Shown here one piece after another: positions 1-12,700 of a stretch of DNA of 64,000 nucleotides. The notes under the pieces are model-generated. The model saw nothing but the letters and a program-made list of their open reading frames with translations, was not told where the DNA came from and ran no database searches. The stretch lies in NCBI RefSeq assembly GCF_009914755.1, contig NC_060948.1. The stretch is one strand, 5' to 3'. A program made the translations under genes and the position numbers. The DNA is from the human T2T-CHM13v2.0 reference genome, Homo sapiens. Position 1 is the first letter of the stretch. Every line of letters begins with the position of its first letter.

Positions 1-695
1 GACTGCAATGGAAAGGTCTCGAATGGAGTGGAAATTAATGGAATGGAATGGAATCGAATGAAATGGAGTCAAAAGGAATGGAATCGAATGGCAAGAAATC
101 AAATGTAATGGAATCGCAAGGAATTGATGTGAACGGAACGGAATGGAATGGAATCCAAAGAAATGGAATAGAATGGAATGGAATCGAATGGAAAGGACTC
201 GAATGGAAATCACTCGAATAGAATGCAATTTCATAAAATAGGATCATATGTAATGGAATGGAATGGAAAGGAATTGAAACGAAAGGAATGGAGACAGATG
301 GAATGGAATGGAACAGAGAGCAATGGTTTAGAATGGAATGGACTCATCTGGAATGGAATTGAATGGAATGGAATAATATGAAATGGAATGGAATGGAATG
401 GAATGCCCTTGAATTAAATGGAATGGAATGGAATGGACTCGAACAGAGTGGAATGGAAAGTGTTGAAATAGAATGGAATCGACTCCTTTGGAATGGTCTA
501 GTATGCAATGCAATCGACTGGCAGGGAATCAAAAGGAATGTAATCGAATGGATTGGACTGGAATGCAATGGATTCGAATAGATTGGAAACGGAATGCAAA
601 GGAATGGAATGGAATAGTATGGAATGGAATGGAAGGGAATGGAGTGGAATAGACTAGAGTGGAATGGAATGGACTGGAAAGCAATGGACTGGAAT

Positions 696-710
696 GGAAC
701 TTTCTTGAAT
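696..710. promoter_or_regulatory. Perfect 3-unit heat-shock element motif HSE-A (gGAActTTCttGAAt), one per unit
   Basis: Matches nGAAnnTTCnnGAAn; recurs at e.g. 4251, 21981, 35501, 46191, 63151. Motif match only; binding not shown. Confidence 0.55.
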
Positions 711-845
711 GGACTGGAATCAAACGGAATGGAATGCAATGCAATCAAATGGCATGGAATAAAATAGAATGAAAGAGAATCAAATGGAATTGAATCGAAT
801 GGAATCGAATGGATTGGAAAGGAATAGAATGGAATGGAATGGAAT

Positions 846-852
846 TGACTCA
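846..852. promoter_or_regulatory. AP-1 consensus motif TGACTCA, one per unit (polymorphic between units)
   Basis: Exact TGACTCA; removed by a 15 bp deletion in units 12 and 15 (~39205, ~49895) and mutated to TGACTGA in unit 14 (~46340). Confidence 0.35.
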
Positions 853-2130
853 AATGGAATGGACAAGAATGGAATGGATTCGAATGGAAGGCAAAGGAAT
901 GAAATCTATTGGAATGGAATGTAATGGAATGGAATGGAAGGGATTGGAATGGACTCGAATGGAATGGACTGCAATAGAAAGGATTCGAATGGAATGAAAA
1001 AGAATTGAATGGAATAGAACAGAATGGAATCAAATCGAATGAAATGGAATGGAATAGAAAGGAATGGAATGAAATGGAATGGAAAGGATTCGAATGGAAT
1101 GCAATCGAATGGAATGGAATCGAACGGAATGGAATAAAATGGAAGAAAACTGGTAAGAAATGGAATCGAAATGAATGGAGTGTTATGGAACGGACTCAAA
1201 AGGAATTGAATGTAATAGAATGGAGTGGAGTGGAGTCGAATACAATGGACTGGAATGGAATGAAATCACATGGAAAGGGAACGAATGGAATGGAATGGAA
1301 AGGAATGGAATCGAATGGAAAGGAATCGAATGGAAGGGAATGAAATTGAATCAACAGGAATGGAAGGGAATAGAATAGACGGTAATGGAATGGACTCGAA
1401 TAGAATGGACACGAATGCTCAAATTGAATGGACTCGAATGGAATGGAAACGAAAGGAATGTCATCGAATGGAATTGAATCGATTGGAATGAAATCACATA
1501 GAATGGAGTGGAATCAAATGGAATTGAATCGAAAGGAAAGGAAGCGAATGGACTGAAATGAAATGGAATGGAATTGAATGGAAAGTAATGCAATGGAATA
1601 GAATGGAACGAAATTTCACGGAATGCAATCAAACTGAATGGAATCAAATCAATGGAATATAATCAAATGGAATGGAAAGGAATTGAATGGAGTAGATTGG
1701 ATTGGATGGGATTGGAATGAAATGTACTGGAAAGGACTCGAATTTCATGAAACGGAATGGAATGAATTGGAACGGAATGGACTCGAATGGAATGGAATGT
1801 CATGGAAAGGCATCAAATGGAATGGAATCGAATGCAATGGAATGCTATGGAATGGAATGGAATGCATTGGAATGGAATGTCCTCTAATGGAATGGATTCG
1901 AGTGGAATGGAATCGAATATAATGGAGTCGAATAAAATGGAATTGAAAGGAATGGGATCGAATACAATGGAATATACTGGAATGTAATGTAATGAACTCG
2001 AATGTAATTGACTGGAATGGAATGTACATGAATGGAATGTAATCGAATGGAAAGTAATCCAATGGAATAGAATCTAATGCAATAAAATCGACTCAGATAG
2101 AGTAGAATGTAATAGAATGGAGCGCAGTGC

Positions 2131-2230
2131 AATGGAATGGAATGGAATGGAATGCAATGGAATGGAATGGAATGGAATGGGATGGAATGGAATGGAATGG
2201 AATGGAATGGGATGGAATGGTATGGAATGG
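2131..2230 (+). repeat. Near-pure, length-variable (GGAAT)n tract following GTGCAGTGC in each unit
   Basis: Longest near-perfect pentamer run in the unit; copy number and GCAAT/GGGAT interruptions differ between units (compare 2131, 19881, 26969, 40497). Confidence 0.85.
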
Positions 2231-2437
2231 ATAGTAATGGAATGGAGTGAAATGGACTGGAAAGGAATGGACTCAAATTGAAAGGGCTCGAAAGGAATGG
2301 AGTCAAATGGAATGGTCTGGAATGGAATGAACACGAATGTAATGCAATCCAATAGAATGGAATCGAATGGCATGGAATATAAAGAAATGGAATCGAAGAG
2401 AATGGAAACAAATGGAATGGAATTGAATGGAATGGAA

Positions 2438-2591
2438 TTGAATGGAATGGGAACGAATGGAGTGAAATTGTATGCAGTAGAAGAGAATAGAATGGAATGC
2501 AAGCGAAAGGAAAGGAATGGATTGGAATGGAATGGAATTCATTGGAATGGAAGGGAATGTGGTGTAATGGACAGGCCTGGAATAAAGTGGA
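2438..2591 (+). other. Diagnostic DYZ1 segment: 154 bp classical Y-sexing PCR target containing EcoRI (2535-2540) and HaeIII/StuI (GGCC 2574-2577) sites
   Basis: TTGAATGGAATGGGAACGAATGG at 2438-2460 and GGACAGGCCTGGAATAAAGTGGA at 2569-2591 match, from memory, the Y1.2 primer and the reverse complement of the Y1.1 primer. The restriction sites are seen directly and recur once per standard unit. Confidence 0.85.
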
Positions 2592-2948
2592 ATGCTACGG
2601 TCTCGAATGGAATAAAAATGTATGGAATGGAATGCAATGAAACGGAATCGAATGTCATAGAATGTAATGGAATGCAAAAAAATGGACTCCAAAATCATTG
2701 ACTGGAAAGGCTGGGTGTCGAAAGGAATTGACTCCAATGGAATGGAATCGAATGGAATGGAAGTGAATAGAATCGAACTAAATCGAATGGAATGGAATAG
2801 ATAGGAACGGAATGGAAAGGAATGCAATGATTTGGCATGGAATGGAATCGAATGGCATCGAATGGAATGGAATGGAATGCAATGGAATGGAATGTATTAG
2901 AATGTAATGAACTTTAATGGAATGTACTCGAATGGATTCGACTGGAAT

Positions 2949-2963
2949 GGAATGTTCTGGAAG
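2949..2963. promoter_or_regulatory. Perfect 3-unit heat-shock element motif HSE-B (gGAAtgTTCtgGAAg), one per unit
   Basis: Matches nGAAnnTTCnnGAAn; also present in both deleted units (~30646, ~58301). Confidence 0.55.
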
Positions 2964-3228
2964 TGAATGGACTCCAATGGAATGGATTCAAAAGGAATGG
3001 AATCGTACGGAATGGAATCTAATGGAATGGAATTAAATGGAAATGAATCAAATTGAATAGCACGGAATTGAATTGAATGGAATCGAATGCAATGGAATCT
3101 AATGAAACGGAAAGGAAAGGAATGGAATGGAATGGCATGGGCTGGAATGGAAAGGAATCGAAACGAATGGAATGGAATCGAACTGAAGAGACTGGAATGG
3201 AATGCACTGGAATGGAAGGGAGTGTAAT

Positions 3229-3243
3229 GGAAGGTTCTCGAAA
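3229..3243. promoter_or_regulatory. Perfect 3-unit heat-shock element motif HSE-C (gGAAggTTCtcGAAa), one per unit
   Basis: Matches nGAAnnTTCnnGAAn; broken in unit 2 (GAA to GAC at 6766); TTCTAGAA variant at 38042-38049. Confidence 0.55.
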
Positions 3244-3731
3244 AAAATGGAATCGAATGGAATGGAATTGAATGGAACGGAATAGAGTCGAATGGAATTG
3301 AATGGAATGGAATGGACTAGAGTGAAATGGAATCGAACCACAAGGAATGGACAGGAATAGAATGGTCTCGAATTGAATGGAATCGTATGGAATGGCATCA
3401 AACGGAATGGAATGGACAGCCACGGAATGGAATGCACTTGAATGCAATGGAGTCGAAACTAATGGACTGGAATAGAATGGACTCGACTGGTACGGACTCC
3501 AATGGAATGGAATCGAATGGAAGGGAATCGAACGGAATGGACTCGAAGGGAAAAGACTGCAATGGAAAGGTCTCGAATGGAATGGAAATTAATGGAATGG
3601 AATGGAATCGAATGAAATGGAGTCAAAAGGAATGGAATCGAATGGCAAGAAATCGAATGTAATGGAATCGCAAGGAATGGATGTGAACGGAACGGAATGG
3701 AATGGATTCCAAAGGAATGGAATAGAATGGA

Positions 3732-6700
3732 ATGGAATCGAATGGAAAGGACTCGAATGGAAATCACTCGAATAGAATGCAATTTAATAAAATAGGATCA
3801 AATGGAATGGAATGGGATGGAAAGGAATCGAAACGAAAGGAATGGAGACAGATGGAATGGAATGGAACAGAGAGCAATGGTATAGAATGGAATGGAATCA
3901 TCTGGAATGGAATTGAATGGAATGGAATAATATGAAATGGAATGGAATGGAATGGAATGCCCTTGAATTAAATGGACTGGAATGGAATGGACTCGAACAG
4001 AGTGGAATGGAAAGTGTTGAGATAGAATGCAATGGACTCCTTTGGAATGGTGTAGTATGCAATGCAATCGACTGGCAGGGAATCAAAAGGAATGTAATGG
4101 AATGGATTGGACTGGAATGCAATGGACTCGAATAGATTGGAGACGGAATGCAAAGGATTGGAATGGAATAGTATGGAATGGAATGGAAAGGAATGGAGTG
4201 GAATAGACTAGAGTGGAATGGAATGGACTGGAAAGCAATGGACTGGAATGGAACTTTCTTGAATGGACTGGAATCAAACGGAATGGAATGCAATGCAATC
4301 AAATGGCATGGAATAAAATAGAATGAAAGAGAATCAAATGGAATTGAATCGAATGGAATCGAATGGATTGGAAAGGAATAGAATGGAATGGAATGGAATT
4401 GACTCAAATGGAATGGATTCGAATGGAAGACAAAGGAATGGAATCTATTGGAATGGACTGTAATGGAATGGAATGGAAGGGATTGGAATGGACTCGAATG
4501 GAATGGACTGCAATAGAAAGGATTCGAATGGAATGAAAAAGAATTGAATGGAATAGAACAGAATGGAATCAAATCGAATGAAATGGAATGGAATAGAAAG
4601 GAATGGAATGAAATGGAATGGAAAGGATTCGAATGGAATGCAATCGAATGGAATGGAATCGAACGGAATGGAATAAAATGGAAGAAAACTGGCAAGAAAT
4701 GGAATCGAAATGAATGGAGTGTTATGGAACGGACTCAAAAGGAATTGAATGTAATAGAATGGAGTGGAGTGGACTCGAATATAATGGACTGGAATGGAAT
4801 GAAATCACATGGAAAGGGAACGAATGGAATGGAATGGAAAGGAATGGAATCGAATGGAAAGGAATCGAATGGAAGGGAATGAAATTGAATCAACAGGAAT
4901 GGAAGGGAATAGAATAGACGGTAATGGAATGGACTCGAATAGAATGGACACGAACGCTCAAATTGAATAGACTCGAATGGAATGGAAACGAAAGGAATGT
5001 CATCGAATGGAATTGAATCGATTGGAATGAAATCGCATAGAATGGAGTGGAATCAAATGGAATTGAATCGAAAGGAAAGGAAGCGAATGGACTGAAATGA
5101 AATGGAATGGAATTGAATGGAAAGTAATGCAATGGAATAGAATGGAACGAAATTTCACGGAATGGAATCAAACTGAATGGAATCAAATCAATGGAATATA
5201 ATCAAATGGAATGGAAAGGAATTGAATGGAGTAGATTGGATTGGATGGGATTGGAATGAAATGTACTGGAAAGGATTCGAATTTCATGAAACGGAATGGA
5301 ATGAATTGGAACGGAATGGACTCGAATGGAATGGAATGTCATGGAAAGGCATCAAATGGAATGGAATCGAATGCAATGGAATGGTATGGAATGGAATGGA
5401 ATGCATTGGAATGGAATGTCCTCTAATGGAATGGATTCGAGTGGAATGGAATCGAATATAATGGAGTCGAATAAAATGGAATTGAAAGGAATGGGATCGA
5501 ATACAATGGAATATACTGGAATGTAATGTAATGAACTCGAATGTAATTGACTGGAATGGAATGTACATGAATGGAATGTAATCGAATGGAAAGTAATCCA
5601 ATGGAATAGAATCTAATGCAATAAAATCGACTCAGATAGAGTAGAATGTAACAGAATGGAGTGCAGTGCAATGGAATGGAATGGAATGGAATGCAATGGA
5701 ATGGAATGGAATGGAATGGAATGGAATGGAATGGGATGGAATGGTATGGAATGGATAGTAATGGACTGGAGTGAAATGGACTGGAAAGGAATGGACTCAA
5801 ATTGAAAGGGCTCGAAAGGAATGGAGTCAAATGGAATGGTCTGGAATGGAATGAACACGAATGTAATGCAATCCAATAGAATGGAATCGAATGGCATGGA
5901 ATATAAAGAAATGGAATCGAAGAGAATGGAAACAAATGGAATGGAATTGAATGGAATGGAATTGAATGGAATGGGAACGAATGCAGTGAAATTGTATGCA
6001 GTAGAAGAGAATAGAATGGAATGCAAGCGAAAGGAAAGGAATGGATTGGAATGGAATGGAATTCATTGGAATGGAAGGGAATGTAGTGTAATGGACAGGC
6101 CTGGAATAAAGTGGAATGCTACGGTCTCGAATGGAATAAAAATGTATGGAATGGAATGCAATGAAACGGAATCGAATGTCATAGAATGTAATGGAATGCA
6201 AAAAAATGGACTCCAAAATCATTGACTGGAAAGGCTGGGTGTCGAAAGGAATTGACTCCAATGGAATGGAATCGAATGGAATGGAAGTGAATAGAATCGA
6301 ACTAAATCGAATGGAATGGAATAGATAGGAACGGAATGGAAAGGAATGCAATGATTTGGCATGGAATGGAATCGAATGGCATCGAATGGAATGGAACGGA
6401 ATGCAATGGAATGGAATGTATTAGAATGTAATGAACTTTAATGGAATGTACTCGAATGGATTCGAATGGAATGGAATGTTCTGGAAGTGAATGGACTCCA
6501 ATGGAATGGATTCAAAAGGAATGGAATCGTACGGAATGGAATCTAATGGAATGGAATTAAATGGAAATGAATCAAATTGAATAGCACGGAATTGAATTGA
6601 ATGGAATCGAAAGCAATGGAATCTAATGAAACGGAAAGGAAAGGAATGGAATGGAATGGAATGGGCTGGAATGGAAAGGAATCGAAACGAATGGAATGGA

Positions 6701-9700
6701 ATCGAACTGAAGAGACTGGAGTGGAATGCACTAGAATGGAAGGGAGTGTAATGGAAGGTTCTCGACAAAAATGGAATCGAATGGAATGGAATTGAATGGA
6801 ACGGAATAGAGTCGAATGGAATTGAATGGAATGGAATGGACTAGAGTGAAATGGAATCGAACCACAAGGAATGGACAGGAATAGAATGGTCTCGAATTGA
6901 ATGGAATCGTATGGAATGGCATCAAACGGAATGGAATGGACAGCCACGGAATGGAATGCACTCGAATGCAATGGAGTCGAAACTAATGGACTGGAATAGA
7001 ATGGACTCGACTGGTACGGACTCCAATGGAATGGAATCGAATGGAAGGGAATCGAACGGAATGGACTCGAAGGGAAAAGACTGCAATGGAAAGGTCTCGA
7101 ATGGAATGGAAATTAATGGAATGGAATGGAATCGAATGAAATGGAGTCAAAAGGAATGGAATCGAATGGCAAGAAATCGAATGTAATGGAATCGCAAGGA
7201 ATTGATGTGAACGGAACGGAATGGAATGGAATCCAAAGGAATGGAATAGAATGGAATGGAATCGAATGGAAAGGACTCGAATGGAAATCACTCGAATAGA
7301 ATGCAATTTAATAAAATAGGATCAAATGGAATGGAATGGAATGGAAAGGAATCGAAACGAAAGGAATGGAGACAGATGGAATGGAATGGAACAGAGAGCA
7401 ATGGTATAGAATGGAATGGAATCATCTGGAATGGAATTGAATGGAATGGAATAATATGAAATGGAATGGAATGGAATGGAATGCCCTTGAATTAAATGGA
7501 CTGGAATGGAATGGACTCGAACAGAGTGGAATGGAAAGTGTTGAGATAGAATGCAATGGACTCCTTTGGAATGGTGTGGTATGCAATGCAATCGACTGGC
7601 AGTGAATCAAAAGGAATGTAATCGAATGGATTGGACTGGAATGCAATGGACTCGAATAGATTGGAGACGGAATGCAAAGGATTGGAATGGAATAGTATGG
7701 AATGGAATGGAAAGGAATGGAGTGGAATAGACTAGAGTGGAATGGAATGGACTGGAAAGCAATGGACTGGAATGGAACTTTCTTGAATGGACTGGAATCA
7801 AACGGAATGGAATGCAATGCAATCAAATGGCATGGAATAAAATAGAATGAAAGAGAATCAAATGGAATTGAATCGAATGGAATCGAATGGATTGGAAAGG
7901 AATAGAATGGAATGGAATGGAATTGACTCAAATGGAATGGACTAGAATGGAATGGATTCGAATGGAAGGCAAAGGAATGGAATCTATTGGAATGGACTGT
8001 AATGGAATGGAATTTAAGGGATTGGAATGGATTCGAATGGAATGGACTGCAATAGAAAGGATTCGAATGGAATGAAAAAGAATTGAATGGAATAGAACAG
8101 AATGGAATCAAATCGCATGAAATGGAATGGAATAGAAAGGAATGGAATGAAATGGAATGGAAAGGATTCGAATGGAATGCAATCGAATGGAATGGAATCG
8201 AACGGAATGGAATAAAATGGAAGAAAGCTGGCAAGAAATGGAATCGAAATGAATGGAGTGTTATGGAACGGACTCAAAAGGAATTGAATGTAATAGAATG
8301 GAGTGGAGTGGACTCGAATATAATGGACTGGAATGGAATGAAATCACATGGAATGGGAACGAATGGAATGGAATGGAAAGGAATGGAATCGAATGGAAAG
8401 GAATCGAATGGAAGGGAATGAAATTGAATCAACAGGAATGGAAGGGAATTGAATAGACGGTAATGGAATGGACTCGAATAGAATGGACACGAATGCTCAA
8501 ATTGAATGGACTCGAATGGAATGGAAACGAAAGGAATGTCATCGAATGGAATTGAATCGATTGGAATGAAATCGCATAGAATGGAGTGGAATCAAATGGA
8601 ATTGAATCGAAAGGAAAGGAAGCGAATGGACTGAAATGAAATGGAATGGAATTGAATGGAAAGTAATGCAATGGAATAGAATGGAACGAAATTTCACGGA
8701 ATGGAATGAAACTGAATGGAATCAAATCAATGGAATCTAATCAAGTGGAATGGAAAGGAATTGAATGGAGTAGATTGGATTGGATGGGATTGGAATGAGA
8801 TATACTGGAAAGGACTCGAGTTTCATAAAACGGAATGGAATGAATTGGAACGGAATGGACTCGAATGGAATGGAATGTCATGGAATGGCATCAAATGGAA
8901 TGGCATCAAATGGAATGGAATCGAATGCAGTGGAATGCTATGGAATTGAATGGAATGCATTGGAATGGAATGTCCTCTAATGGAATGGATTCGAGTGGAA
9001 TGGAATCGAATATAATGGAGTCGAATGAAATGGAATTGAAAGGAATGGGATCGAATACAATGGAATATACTGGAATGTAATGTAATGAACTAGAATGTAA
9101 TTGACTGGAATGGAATGTACATGAATGGAATGTAATCGAATGGAAAGTAATCCAATGGAATAGAATCTAATGCAATAAAATCGACTCAGATAGAGTAGAA
9201 TGTAATGGAATGGAGTGCAGTGCAATGGAATGGAATGCAATGGAATGGAATGGAATGGAATGGAATGGAATGGAATGGAATGGGATGGAATGGTATGGAA
9301 TGGATAGTAATGGACTGGAGTGAAATGGACTGGAAAGGAATGGACTCAAATTGAAAGGGCTCGAAAGGAATGGAGTAAAATGGAGTGGTCTGGAATGGAA
9401 TGAACACGAATGTAATGCAATCCAATAGAATGGAATCGAATGGCATGGAATATAAAGAAATGGAATCGAAGAGAATGGAAACAAATGGAATGGAATTGAA
9501 TGGAATGGAATTGAATGGAATGGGAACGAATGGAGTGAAATTGTATGCAGTGGAAGGGAATAGAATGGAATGCAAGCGAAAGGAAAGGAATGGATTGGAA
9601 TGGAATGGAATTCATTGGAATGGAAGGGAATGTAGTGTAATGGACAGGCCTGGAATAAAGTGGAATGCTACGGTCTCGAATGGAATAAAAATGTATGGAA

Positions 9701-12700
9701 TGGAATGCAATGAAACGGAATCGAATGTCATAGAATGTAATGGAATGCAAAAAAATGGAATCCAAAATCATTGACTGGAAAGGCTGGGTGTCGAAAGGAA
9801 TTGACTCCAATGGAATGGAATCGAATGGAATGGAAGTGAATAGAATCGAACTAAATCGAATGGAATGGAATTGATAGGAACGGAATGGAAAGGAATGCAA
9901 TGATTTGGCATGGAATGGAATCGAATGGCATCGAATGGAATAGAATGGAATGCAATGGAATGGAATGTATTAGAATGTAATGAACTTTAATGGAATGTAC
10001 TCGAATGGATTCGACTGGAATGGAATGTTCTGGAAGCGAATGGACTCCAATGGAATGGATTCAAAAGGAATGGAATCGTACGGAATGGAATCTAATGGAA
10101 TGGAATTAAATGGAAATGAATCAAATTGAATAGCACGGAATTGAATTGAATGGAATGGAATGCAATGGAATCTAATGAAACGGAAAGGAAAGGAATGGAA
10201 TGGAATGGAATGGGATGGAATGGAAAGGAACCGAAACGAATGGAATGGAATCGAACTGAAGAGACTGGAATGGAATGCACTGGAATGGAAGGGAGTGTAA
10301 TGGAAGGTTCTCGAAAAAAATTGAATCGAATGGAATGGAATTGAATGAAACGGAATAGAGTCGAATGGAATTGAATGGAATGGAATGGACTAGAGTGAAA
10401 TGGAATCGAACCACAAGGAATGGACAGGAATAGAATGGTCTCGAATTGAATGGAATCGTATGGAATGGCATCAAACGGAATGGAATGGACAACCACGGAA
10501 TGGAATGCACTCGAATGCAATGGAGTCGAAACTAATGGACTGGAATAGAATGGACTCGACTGGTACGGACTCCAATGGAATGGAATCGAATGGAAGGGAA
10601 TCGAACGGAATGGACTCGAAGGGAAAAGACTGCAATGGAAAGGTCTCGAATGGAATGGAAATTAATGGAATGGAATGGAATCGAATGAAATGGAGTCAAA
10701 AGGAATGGAATCGAATGGCAAGAAATCGAATGTAATGGAATCGCAAGGAATTGATGTGAACGGAACGGAATGGAATGGAATCCAAAGGAATGGAATAGAA
10801 TGGAATGGAATCGAATGGAAAGGACTCGAATGGAAATCACTCGAATAGAATGCAATTTAATAAAATAGGATCAAATGGAATGGAATGGAATGGAAAGGAA
10901 TCGAAACGAAAGGAATGGAGACAGATGGAATGGAATGGAACAGAGAGCAATGGTATAGAATGGAATGGAATCATCTGGAATGGAATTGAATGGAATGGAA
11001 TAATATGAAATGGAATGGAATGGAATGGAATGGAATGCCCTTGAATTAAATGGACTGGAATGCAATGAACTCGAACAGAGTGGAATGGAAAGTGTTGAGA
11101 TAGAATGGAATGGACTCCTTCGGAATGGTGTAGTATGCAATGCAATCGACTGGCAGGGAATCAAAAGGAATGTAATGGAATGGATTGGACTGGAATGCAA
11201 TGGACTCGAATACATTGGAAACGGAATGCAAAGGAATGGAATGGAATAGTATGGAATGGAATGGAAAGGAATGGAGTGGAATAGACTAGAGTGGAATGGA
11301 ATGGACTGGAAAGCAATGGACTGGAATGGAACTTTCTTGAATGGACTGGAATCAAACGGAATGGAATGCAATGCAATCAAATGGCATGGAATAAAATAGA
11401 ATGAAAGAGAATCAAATGGAATTGAATCGAATGGAATCGAATGGATTGGAAAGGAATAGAATGGAATGGAATGGAATTGACTCAAATGGAATGGACTAGA
11501 ATGGAATGGATTCGAATGGAAGGCAAAGGAATGGAATCTATTGGAATGGACTGTAATGGAATGGAATGGAAGGGATTGGAATGGACTCGAATGGAATGGA
11601 CTGCAATAGAAAGGATTCGAATGGAATGAAAAAGAATTGAATGGAATAGAACAGAATGGAATCAAATCGAATGAAATGGAATGGAATAGAAAGGAATGTA
11701 ATGAAATGGAATGGAAAGGATTCGAATGGAATGCAATCGAATGGAATGGAATCGAACGGAATGGAATAAAATGGAAGAAAACTGGCAAGAAATGGAATCG
11801 AAATGAATGGAGTGTTATGGAATGGACTCAAAAGGAATTGAATGTAATAGAATGGAGTGGAGTGGACTCGAATATAATGGACTGGAATGGAATGAAATCA
11901 CACGGAATGGGAACGAATGGAATGGAATGGAAAGGAATGGAATCGAATGGAAAGGAATCGAATGGAAGGGAATGAAATTAAATCAACAGGAATGGAAGGG
12001 AATAGAATAGACGGTAATGGAATGGACTCGAATAGAATGGACACGAATGCTCAAATTGAATGGACTCGAATGGAATGGAAACGAAAGGAATGTCATCGAA
12101 TGGAATTGAATCGATTGGAATGAAATCGCGTAGAATGGAGTGGAATCAAATGGAATTGAATCGAAAGGAAAGGAAGCGAATGGACTGAAATGAAATGGAA
12201 TGGAATTGAATGGAAAGTAATGCAATGGAATAGAATGGAACGAAATTTCACGGAATGGAATCAAACTGTATGGAATCAAATCAATGCAATCAAATCAAAC
12301 GGAATGGAAAGGAATTGAATGGAGTAGATTGGATTGGATGGGATTGGAATGAAATGTACTGGAAAGGACTCGAATTTCATGAAACGGAATGGAATGAATT
12401 GGAACGGAATGGACTCGAATGGAATGGAATGTCATGGAATGGCATCAAATGGAATGGCATCAAATGGAATGGAATCGAATGCAATGGAATGCTATGGAAT
12501 GGAATGGAATGCATTGGAATGGAATGTCCTCTAATGGAATGGATTCGAGTGGAATGGAATCGAATATAATGGAGTCGAATGAAATGGAATTGAAAAGAAT
12601 GGGATCGAATACAATGGAATATACTGGAATGTAATGTAATGAACTCGAATGTAATTGACTGGAATGGAATGTACGTGAATGGAATGTAATCGAATGGAAA

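Larger units (their letters stand above)
178..3731 (+). repeat. DYZ1: DYZ1 unit 1 (3554 bp), representative full-length unit (boundaries set by an arbitrary marker)
   Basis: Marker-to-marker distance 178 to 3732. Confidence 0.95.

Noticed and set aside
1739-1753. GAATTTCATGAA (and GAAatTTCacGGA at ~1610) as additional HSEs
   Set aside because: Only two correctly spaced nGAAn units are present; the third is mis-spaced or mismatched.
757-2620. Multiple AATAAA hexamers per unit as polyadenylation signals
   Set aside because: They arise readily from GGAAT-to-AAAAT variants. No transcript boundaries or GU-rich downstream elements can be established from the sequence alone.
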